NCBI GenBank assembly: GCA_029261855.1
Contig: JAJDAN010000032.1
Coordinates: 325,502-389,501 of the forward strand
DNA from: Deltaproteobacteria bacterium
Lineage (GTDB): Bacteria; Myxococcota_A; UBA9160; UBA4427
Length of the DNA: 64,000 nt
Direction: 5' to 3'
Below are positions 21,878-28,905 of the stretch, in pieces (position 1 is the stretch's first letter; each line of letters begins with the position of its first letter). The notes under the pieces are model-generated. The model was not told the DNA's origin and searched no databases. It saw nothing but the letters and a program-made list of their open reading frames with translations. The translations under genes and the position numbers were made by a program.

Positions 21878-23833
21878 TCAGGCCGAGCCCTTGCGCAGGA
21901 TGCGCACGTCTCCCCTGCGGCGCGTGACGTGCTGCTCGTCGAGCAGCTCCATCAGCGGCACCGTGGTCCGCCGGCTGGTGCCCGTGAGCGTCTTGTAGGC
22001 GGCCGGGCCGATCTCGCCGTTGGCCTCGAGGTAGGCGACGACTTTCACGCGCAGCGCTTCCACGGCGGTCCGGTCGAACCACAGGTCGCCGGGGGCGCGA
22101 ACGAGCGCACCGTCCCGTTCCAGGTGGGCGACGAGATTGCGGAAGTGGTCGGCGGATATGCCCAGGGCGTCCGCCCAGTCCCGGGGAGACGGCGGATCGA
22201 GCCCGGCTTCCCGCGCCTCGGCCGCGATGCGTGTGATGGCCGCGCGGGACGCCTCGTCGATCTTCGGCGCGTGACCGGACCGTCGCACGACGTCGCCGGC
22301 TGTCTCGATCTCGCCCGCGGCTTCGAGCCGCGCGAGCACCAGCTCACCGATTTCGCCCGGTACGTTGTCGGGCAGCTGCCCGCGCAGAGATGCGCGCGGC
22401 ATGCCCGGACGCAGGGGCTCGGCTTCGTGGAAGCTCTCGAGCGCGGCGAGCAGCGTCGTCTGCATGCGATGCGTCGCTTCGGCGTCGACCCACATGCGCG
22501 GCCCCGCCGGAAGGATTTCGTCTTTGCCCGCGAGCGCCTGGAGGTGGCCTCTGAGATCGGCCTCGAGCAACCCGGTCTCGTGTCGCAGGTCCTCGCCTGC
22601 GACGCCGCAAAAGCCCGCTCGCCGCACCCGCTCGCGCAGCCCGCTACGCGGGTCGCGGCGCGCGAGGATCTCGAGCTCGCGCAACAGGGTCGGGTCCGCG
22701 CGCCGCCGGTGCGGCGGCGCGACGTCGAGCACGATGCCACCGCCGACGGTTCCTCCCGTGCCTTCGCTGCGGGCGAAGCCGCGTGCGATGAAGCGGTCGC
22801 CGGGCAGCAGCGGCAGCGGTCCGTCGTCGATGTGCAGACGCGCGAAGCCCGATTCGCCGGGGACGAACCCGCGCCCGGTCGGACCGATGGGCGCCAGGTG
22901 CGCGAGTCGCCGCGCGGTGCCGGCGAGGAGCTGAATGGACACGCTGTCGTCTGCGGCGGGCGCCGACGGCAGCCAGGAGAGCGCCACGTCTGCGAGTTCC
23001 GTGGCCGGCATCGCGCCCGGAGGAGACAGGACCTCGCCGCGCTCGATGTCGGCAACCTCGAGCCCGTTCAGGTTCACCGCGCAGCGGGTGCCCGGAAGCA
23101 CGTGATCGCGCGTGCTTCCGTGGGTCTGCAAGCCGCGGATGCGCGCGCTGCGTCCGCTCGGCTGGATCTCCACGGCATCGCCGACGTGAAGCGCGTCGCC
23201 GGTGAGTGTGCCCGTGACGACTGCCCCGAAGCCACGCATGGCGAAGACGCGGTCGATGGCGAGTCGCGGCGAGCCGCTGCGAGCGGTTCGCGGCGCCGAC
23301 TGCCGCGCCAGCGTCAGCAGCGCGTCTCGCAGTGCGTCCTGGCCTGCGCCGGTATGAGCCGACACCGGCACGATGGGCACGTCCGCGAGCGCTGTGCCAG
23401 CAAGAAAGTCGCGCACGTCTTCCCGGGCGAGCTCGCACATCTCGTCGTCGACGAGGTCGATCTTCGTCAGTGCGACGAGCGCGCGGTCGATCCCGAGCAG
23501 CTCGCAGATGGCCACGTGCTCCCGGGTCTGGGGCATGACCCCTTCGTCGGCTGCGACCACCAGCATCAGCAGATCGATGCCCGTCGCGCCGGCGACCATG
23601 GTGCGCACCAGTCGTTCGTGGCCCGGCACGTCGACCACCGACAGCTTCATTTCCTCGCCGCTGTCGTCCTGCAGGGACAGCTCGGCGAAACCGAGATCAA
23701 TGGTGATGCCGCGCGCCTTCTCCTCGGGCAGTCGGTCCGGGTCGACGCCTGTCAGCGCGCGCACCAGCGCGGACTTGCCGTGGTCGATGTGGCCGGCGGT
23801 GCCGAGGACGAGGCCTTGCGCGTCGTCACCCAT
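21878..23833 (-). CDS. selB: selenocysteine-specific translation elongation factor
   Basis: 651 aa. N-terminal GTPase domain has GTAGHIDHGKSALVRALTG..DRLPEEKARGITIDLGF, DVPGHERL and TKID. The long C-terminal region is consistent with SelB winged-helix SECIS-binding domains. Confidence 0.9.
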   Translation of the reverse strand: MGDDAQGLVLGTAGHIDHGKSALVRALTGVDPDRLPEEKARGITIDLGFAELSLQDDSGEEMKLSVVDVPGHERLVRTMVAGATGIDLLMLVVAADEGVMPQTREHVAICELLGIDRALVALTKIDLVDDEMCELAREDVRDFLAGTALADVPIVPVSAHTGAGQDALRDALLTLARQSAPRTARSGSPRLAIDRVFAMRGFGAVVTGTLTGDALHVGDAVEIQPSGRSARIRGLQTHGSTRDHVLPGTRCAVNLNGLEVADIERGEVLSPPGAMPATELADVALSWLPSAPAADDSVSIQLLAGTARRLAHLAPIGPTGRGFVPGESGFARLHIDDGPLPLLPGDRFIARGFARSEGTGGTVGGGIVLDVAPPHRRRADPTLLRELEILARRDPRSGLRERVRRAGFCGVAGEDLRHETGLLEADLRGHLQALAGKDEILPAGPRMWVDAEATHRMQTTLLAALESFHEAEPLRPGMPRASLRGQLPDNVPGEIGELVLARLEAAGEIETAGDVVRRSGHAPKIDEASRAAITRIAAEAREAGLDPPSPRDWADALGISADHFRNLVAHLERDGALVRAPGDLWFDRTAVEALRVKVVAYLEANGEIGPAAYKTLTGTSRRTTVPLMELLDEQHVTRRRGDVRILRKGSA

Positions 23834-23845
23834 GCCTGGTCCCGC

Positions 23846-25126
23846 CTAGGAACGCGGGCCGATGGCGTCCCGGCCGACGTACGGTTGCAGGGCCTTGGGG
23901 ATGCGCACGCTGCCGTCCTTCTGTTGGTGGTTCTCGATCAGCAGCATGATGGTGCGCGCGTTCGAGATGGCCGTGCCGTTCAGCGTGTGGACGAACTCGG
24001 TCTTCTTCGCGCCCTTGCGGCGGAAGCGCGCACGCAGGCGCCGAGCTTGATAGTCGGTGCAGTTCGACGCGCTGGTGATCTCGCCGTAGCTGCCGCCCTC
24101 GCCGCGTCCCGGCATCCAGGCTTCGATGTCGAACTTGCGATACGCCGGCGCACCGAGATCGCCGCTCGCCACGTCGATCACGCGGTACGGCACCTCGAGG
24201 TCGCGGAAGATGCCCTCTTCGATGGCGAGGAGCTCGGCGTGGATCTCGTCCGACTGTTCGGGCGTAGAGAAGACGAACATCTCGGTCTTGGTGAACTGGT
24301 GCACGCGGTAGAGACCGCGGCTCTCGCGTCCGTAGGCGCCGGCTTCCACCCGGAAGCAGTGGGAAATGCCGGCGACGCGCAGGGGAAGCTCGTCCTCTTC
24401 GACCAGCTGGTCGAGCATCAGGCCGCCGAGCGGAATCTCGGCGGTACCGACGAGGCACAGATCGTCCTGCTCGAGCGAGTAGATGTTGGTCTCGGCGCCG
24501 CGCGGGTTGAAGCCCATGGCGTGCACGACGTCCGTGCGCGCGACGTCGGGCGTCGTATGCGGCGTGTAGCCCGCAGCCATGACGCGGTCGAGCGCGAAGC
24601 GCTGCAGCGCCAGCTCGAGCAGCACCGCCTCGTTCTTCAGGTAGTACCACTTCTGCCCGGCTACCTCGGCCGCGCGCTCGAAGTCGACGAGGTCGAGGTC
24701 CGCACAGATGGCGAGGTGGTCGCGGGGCTCGAAGTCGAACTGCGCCGGCTCACCAAAGGTGGACAGCGTGTTGAAGTCTTCTTCTCCGCCTTCGGGAACC
24801 GCCGGGTGGATGAAGTTGGGGATCGGGTCGAGCTTCTCGTTCAGGGCCTCGCGTGCAACCCGAAGCTCGTCCTCGAGGGCCGCCACCTCTTCCTTGAGCC
24901 GCCGCCCCTCGGCGCCGTGGGCCTCGCGCTCTCCGGGCTCGAGCTTCTTCTTGCCGGCCTTCTGGTGCTCATTGCGCGCCTGATTGAGCTCGTTCTGTTG
25001 CGTGGTGAGCCGGGTGACCTGTTCCTGGGCCGCGATGGCGCCGTCGACGTCCGCCTGCACGCGTCGCTTGCGGCAGCTTTCGACGACCTCGTCGCGGCGT
25101 TCGTGGAGGGTCCTGGCGTCGAGCAT
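23846..25126 (-). CDS. serS: seryl-tRNA synthetase
   Basis: 426 aa. N-terminal coiled-coil arm, then a class II core (FRVEAGAYGRESRGLYRVHQFTKTEMF, GEITSASNCTDYQARRL, HTLNGTAISNARTIMLLIENHQ). Its stop lies 12 nt upstream of the selB ATG. Confidence 0.95.
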   Translation of the reverse strand: MLDARTLHERRDEVVESCRKRRVQADVDGAIAAQEQVTRLTTQQNELNQARNEHQKAGKKKLEPGEREAHGAEGRRLKEEVAALEDELRVAREALNEKLDPIPNFIHPAVPEGGEEDFNTLSTFGEPAQFDFEPRDHLAICADLDLVDFERAAEVAGQKWYYLKNEAVLLELALQRFALDRVMAAGYTPHTTPDVARTDVVHAMGFNPRGAETNIYSLEQDDLCLVGTAEIPLGGLMLDQLVEEDELPLRVAGISHCFRVEAGAYGRESRGLYRVHQFTKTEMFVFSTPEQSDEIHAELLAIEEGIFRDLEVPYRVIDVASGDLGAPAYRKFDIEAWMPGRGEGGSYGEITSASNCTDYQARRLRARFRRKGAKKTEFVHTLNGTAISNARTIMLLIENHQQKDGSVRIPKALQPYVGRDAIGPRS

Positions 25127-25186
25127 GGCGCGAAGGGAAGCACACCGCTGCGGTGCTCGCCGCCTGCCCTGGCGGCAGGGCGCCGC

Positions 25187-26074
25187 TCAGCCGTCCCAGC
25201 CCGCGAAGTGATCCACCAGGAAGTCGACGAAAGCGCGCACTCGAGTCGATAGCCGTCTTCCGGGTGGGAAGACCGCATGAAGCGGGATCTCGTCCATCGT
25301 GTAGCCCGGGAGCACACCGACGAGGCGCCCGGCGCGCAGGTCGGCAGCCACAGCGAAGTGGGGTGCGACCGAGATGCCCTCGCCCGCAAGCAGCCGGTCG
25401 CGGGTGACGCCGGGACTGTTGACCGCGAAACGCGGCTCCGGCGTGAACACGCTGCGGCCCGTGGCGCTCTGGAAGGTCCAGCGCGCCGCCCCGTTCGTGT
25501 CGAGGATGCAGGCGTGGCCGCGAAGTTCGTCCGGATGTTGCGGGGCGTCCGCCGCCGCGAGGTATGCAGGGCTCGCGACGGCGACGAGGCGGCTGGCCGA
25601 GAGACGTCGCGCCAGCAGTGCCGAGTCGCGCAGGGGGCCCATCCGAACCGCCACGTCGAAGCCCTCGCCCACCAGGTCGACGAAGTGATCGGCGAGATGC
25701 AGGTCGATGCGCACTTCCGGGTTCGTCTGCTGGAAGCCCGCGATCACGGGTGCGAGGTGGTCCCGCCCAAAGTCCACGCCGGTCGTCACGCGCAGAGTGC
25801 CCCGCACCTGACCCTGGTCGCGCCGGGCCAGGCCCTCCAGCTCGGCCAGGTCTTCGAGGATGCGCTCGCAGCGCTCGAGCATGCTGCCGCCCAGCTCGGT
25901 CAGGCTCAGGCGTCGGGTGTTTCGTTCGAGCAGCTTCACGCCCAGGTGGTTTTCCAGGTCCGCCACCCGGCGGCTGACGGCGGTCGTCGAGACCCGGAGC
26001 TCGCGGGCGGCGGCGGTGAAGCTTCCCAGGCGGGCGACCCGGGCAAACGCGTCGAGGGCGGCGACTCGGTCCAC
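25187..26074 (-). CDS. LysR-family transcriptional regulator
   Basis: GTG start. 295 aa. The N-terminal HTH is LDAFARVARLGSFTAAARELRVSTTAVSRRVADLENHLGVKLLERNTRR. Divergent from the pirin gene. Confidence 0.9.
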   Translation of the reverse strand: MDRVAALDAFARVARLGSFTAAARELRVSTTAVSRRVADLENHLGVKLLERNTRRLSLTELGGSMLERCERILEDLAELEGLARRDQGQVRGTLRVTTGVDFGRDHLAPVIAGFQQTNPEVRIDLHLADHFVDLVGEGFDVAVRMGPLRDSALLARRLSASRLVAVASPAYLAAADAPQHPDELRGHACILDTNGAARWTFQSATGRSVFTPEPRFAVNSPGVTRDRLLAGEGISVAPHFAVAADLRAGRLVGVLPGYTMDEIPLHAVFPPGRRLSTRVRAFVDFLVDHFAGWDG

Positions 26075-26085
26075 GGTCGGAGAAT

Positions 26086-26102
26086 ATCCCGATAATCGGG
26101 AT
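26086..26102. promoter_or_regulatory. perfect 17-bp dyad ATCCCGATAATCGGGAT, candidate LysR-type operator
   Basis: Read directly. Sits in the only AT-rich patch of the LysR/pirin divergent intergenic region, 12 nt upstream of the LysR GTG and 85 nt upstream of the pirin ATG. ATTATC half-site-like copies recur at 26101 and 26125. Confidence 0.5.
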
Positions 26103-26186
26103 TATCAATGAATATGGACAGGCATTATCATGGTCATATGTGGCGCCTACGATGCTGTCGCACCAGAGGACAACAGGAGGCACGAC

Positions 26187-26870
26187 ATGATCGAGATCCG
26201 ACGCAGTGAAGACCGGGGCAAGACTCGATTCGACTGGCTCGACAGCCGCCACAGCTTCTCGTTCGGCGAGTACCGGGACCCCCAGCACATGGGCTTCCGG
26301 GCCCTGCGCGTGATCAACGACGACAGCATCGCTGCCGGCGCGGGCTTCGGGATGCACCCGCACCGTGACATGGAGATCCTCACCTTCATGCGCAGCGGAT
26401 CCCTGGCCCACCGGGACAGCATGGGGAACGGCGCCGTCATCCGACCCGGCGACGTGCAGCGCATGACCGCCGGCACCGGCGTGACCCACAGCGAGGTCAA
26501 CCCGTCGAACGACGAGGCAGCGCAGTTGCTGCAGGTGTGGATCGAGCCCGAGACCCTCGACCTCGAGCCGTCCTGGGAGCAGGAATCCTTCGGCGAAGAC
26601 TGGCAACTCGTCGCGTCGCGCGACGGGCGCGAAGGCTCGCTGCGCGTCCACCAGGACGTGTCGGTCCACCGCGGCCGCATCGCGGCCGGTACATCCGTCG
26701 TCCGGGCGCTCGCGCCCGGTCGCTTCGCATGGCTGCACGTCGCCGAAGGGCGTGTGTCGGTTGCCGGTCACGAGCTCGAAGGCGGAGACGGGATCGCGGT
26801 GAGCGACGAGTCCGAGATCCGGATCGAAGCGATCACGGACAGCGACGTGCTGCTGTTCGACCTGTCCTGA
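26187..26870 (+). CDS. pirin-family (bicupin) protein
   Basis: ATG 26187, 6 nt after AGGAGG. 227 aa. SRHSFSFGEY..., GFGMHPHRDMEILTF and GDVQRMTAGTGVTHSE give the pirin metal-binding His/Glu pattern. Confidence 0.9.
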   Translation: MIEIRRSEDRGKTRFDWLDSRHSFSFGEYRDPQHMGFRALRVINDDSIAAGAGFGMHPHRDMEILTFMRSGSLAHRDSMGNGAVIRPGDVQRMTAGTGVTHSEVNPSNDEAAQLLQVWIEPETLDLEPSWEQESFGEDWQLVASRDGREGSLRVHQDVSVHRGRIAAGTSVVRALAPGRFAWLHVAEGRVSVAGHELEGGDGIAVSDESEIRIEAITDSDVLLFDLS

Positions 26871-26901
26871 AACCAAGCTTGCCCAAAAGAAGGAGAGAGA
26901 C

Positions 26902-27504
26902 ATGTCCGTCAAGATCGCGAGTACCAACCACCCCGTTCACGCCCTCGTCGCGAGTCGCTTCAGCCCGTACGCGTTCGCCGACCGTGAGGTGACGCGCGAA
27001 GACCTGGTGTCGTTGTTCGAGGCGGCGCGATGGGCGCCGTCCTCGTACAACGAGCAGCCGTGGAGCTACATCGTCGCGACCCGGGAAGACGGAAAGGAGT
27101 ACGAACGTCTGCTGTCGTGCCTGGTCGATCCGAACCAGGCCTGGGCCAAGGCCGCCCCGGTGCTGGCCCTGGGTGTCGCGCGCACGCGCTTCGTCCGGAA
27201 CGACAAGCCCAACGCCGCCGCCCTCCACGACCTGGGTGCTGCCAGCGCGCACCTCACGTTCGAGGCCAGCGCCCGGGGGCTCGCCGTTCACCAGATGATC
27301 GGGATCCTTCCGGACCGCGCACGCGAGGTCTACAGCATCCCCGATCACAGCGAAGCCCTGACCGGTCTAGCCATCGGATACGCGGCCGAGCCCGCAAACG
27401 CGCCCGACCCCTACCGCGAACGAGACGAAACCCCGCGCCAGCGAAAGGCCCTGACGGAGTTCGTCTTTTCGGGGTCATACGGAAAAGCGAACACATTCGC
27501 TTAG
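26902..27504 (+). CDS. nitroreductase-family protein
   Basis: 200 aa. Has SRFSPYAF, AARWAPSSYNEQPW and a C-terminal R..L.EFVF, typical of the FMN nitroreductase fold family. Confidence 0.85.
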   Translation: MSVKIASTNHPVHALVASRFSPYAFADREVTREDLVSLFEAARWAPSSYNEQPWSYIVATREDGKEYERLLSCLVDPNQAWAKAAPVLALGVARTRFVRNDKPNAAALHDLGAASAHLTFEASARGLAVHQMIGILPDRAREVYSIPDHSEALTGLAIGYAAEPANAPDPYRERDETPRQRKALTEFVFSGSYGKANTFA

Positions 27505-27678
27505 AGCGCCGAGAGCGCCGCGGGTGCCGCAGATTCGCGAACCTCGGACCGAAGGCCGACGAAGGCGTACTCCCGTACGCCGAGGAGGCCGAAGGGAGAA
27601 GGTCGCGGAGACGCGGTGCCCCCGGCGCTCTCGGTCGAAGGGAAAAGGTCGCGGAGACGCGGTGCCCCCGGCGCTCTC
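27503..27678. repeat. intergenic repeat element: 46-bp tandem duplication plus an inverted partner
   Basis: 27587-27632 and 27633-27678 are 46-bp units differing at 2 positions (GG[C/T]CGAAGGGA[G/A]AAGGTCGCGGAGACGCGGTGCCCCCGGCGCTCTC). 27511-27530 (GAGAGCGCCGCGGGTGCCGC) is an imperfect reverse complement of the unit end. A perfect hairpin GGCGTAC-TCCC-GTACGCC lies at 27564-27581. The second copy runs into the stop codon of the minus-strand oxidoreductase gene. Confidence 0.7.
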
Positions 27679-28636
27679 AGGGGATGAGGAGGACGCGGCC
27701 GAACGCCTTGCGGCTCTCGATGTAGCGGTGGGCCTCGGCGGCGTCTGCGAGTGGGAAGCTGCGGTCGACGATCGCCCGGAGCTCGCCTCTGGCGACGTCG
27801 CGGATGTGACCTTCGATCATCCCCACGACCCGGTCGCTGCCGAATTCCGGAGTCAGCGAGACGCCGGTAATCGACTTGTTCATGCGCATCTCGTCGAGGT
27901 TGTACCGGCTGAAGTCCCGGGCCACTGTGCCGTACATGAGCACGCGTCCTTTGTAGGCCACGACCCCGAAGCCGCGTTGTGTGACTTCGCCGCCGACGCC
28001 GTCGACGAGCACATCCACACCGCGGCCATCGGTCAGCTTCTTTACCTCCGCCACGAAGTCCTGCTGCACGTAGTTGACGCCGTGGTCCGCGCCGAGTTCC
28101 TGCAGCCGCTCGAGCTTCGCGTCGCTCGAAGCCGTGGTGATGACGGTTGCGCCCGCGCGCTTGGCGAGCTGGATGGCGGCGAGCCCGACTCCGCTCGAGC
28201 CCGCCTGGACGAGCACCGTCTCGCCGGCCTGCAGATGCCCGTATTCGAACAGGCAGTCGTCGGCAGTGCCGAAGGGGATCGGGATGGTCGCCGCTTCCTG
28301 GATGTCGAGGTCATCGGGAACCACGAAGCTCTGACGCCAGCCGACCTGGCGCAGCGCGGCGTGAGAACCGAACGGGAAGACTGTGGTCACGCGCTGCCCC
28401 ACCCTGCGTTGGGTGACCTCGGGGCCGACCTCGACGAGGGTGCCCGCCGCCTGATAGCCCACGCAGTGGGGGGTGCCGGCCATCAAGCCGCCGGCCCGGT
28501 TGAGAACGTCCCCGCCCTCGATGCTCACGGCCTCGACCCGAAGAACTACACCCTGCGGTTGGCATTCCGGGTCCGGGACGTCTTCGTACCGGAAGACCTC
28601 GGGACCCCCGGTTTCGTAGTAGACGGCAGCCTTCAT
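27677..28636 (-). CDS. NAD(P)H:quinone oxidoreductase / zinc-type alcohol dehydrogenase superfamily (MDR)
   Basis: 319 aa. MKAAVYYETGGPEVF...VLVQAGSSGVGLAAIQLAKRAGA is the Rossmann AxxGxxG. The C-terminus AHRYIESRKAFGRVLL is typical of Qor-like MDRs. Confidence 0.9.
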   Translation of the reverse strand: MKAAVYYETGGPEVFRYEDVPDPECQPQGVVLRVEAVSIEGGDVLNRAGGLMAGTPHCVGYQAAGTLVEVGPEVTQRRVGQRVTTVFPFGSHAALRQVGWRQSFVVPDDLDIQEAATIPIPFGTADDCLFEYGHLQAGETVLVQAGSSGVGLAAIQLAKRAGATVITTASSDAKLERLQELGADHGVNYVQQDFVAEVKKLTDGRGVDVLVDGVGGEVTQRGFGVVAYKGRVLMYGTVARDFSRYNLDEMRMNKSITGVSLTPEFGSDRVVGMIEGHIRDVARGELRAIVDRSFPLADAAEAHRYIESRKAFGRVLLIP

Positions 28637-28905
28637 GGCGGGCAGGATACCCCAGGGGACAGAGCTGTTTTACGGGATCGAGCTTCTGCGCAGTGCCAAA
28701 GAGTGGGGTAAGTTGGGGCGCTCTGCGGGGGTCGATTCGAACGCTGTCTCGGTGGCTTCCGAGACCTCGACCGCGCGGAAGCATCGAACTCCAGCACGAG
28801 CCCAGAACAGCATCCAACACCACACAGCTCACTCCCCGGCGGTGGATCGTCCCCCCGGGCTATGCCACTGAAGAGACGCTGAAGAGGCGCGGGAGCCAGC
28901 GCGAA

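Noticed and set aside
25163-25179. Hairpin CCTGCC-CTGGC-GGCAGG between the LysR stop and the serS start, as a terminator.
   Set aside because: Only a 6-bp stem with no U-run on the relevant strand. Too weak to annotate.
21857-25186. Search for tRNA-Sec (selC) or any tRNA near selB and serS, and in every intergenic gap of 75 nt or more in the window.
   Set aside because: The gaps flanking selB and serS are only 21, 12 and 60 nt. No gap elsewhere showed acceptor/T-arm pairing with a GTTCRANYC T-loop. The closest look-alike (GGGGTCGATTCGAACG at about 28728-28743) has no matching acceptor or anticodon arms.
21929-25252. 1107-aa plus-strand ORF across selB and serS. Similar giants occur at 24969..26927 (-), 28633..31260 (-), 16508..19063 (-), 36043..38664 (+) and 5149..6930 (-).
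   Set aside because: All are antisense or out of frame relative to genes with strong family motifs. Their composition is dominated by R/G/A/P/D runs. No independent start or SD evidence exists.
27587-27678. Possible mini-CRISPR, because of the direct repeats.
   Set aside because: There are only two copies, directly adjacent with no spacer. The unit is 46 bp and carries an inverted partner upstream. No cas genes are present. This is a tandem or REP-like repeat, not CRISPR.
28746-28765. Perfect hairpin GTCTCGG-TGGCTT-CCGAGAC in the 269-nt leader of the sulfite reductase, as a possible riboswitch or attenuator.
   Set aside because: An isolated 7-bp stem with no U-tract, no alternative pairing partner found, and no match to the SAM or other sulfur-related riboswitch consensus I know. 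Noted but not called.
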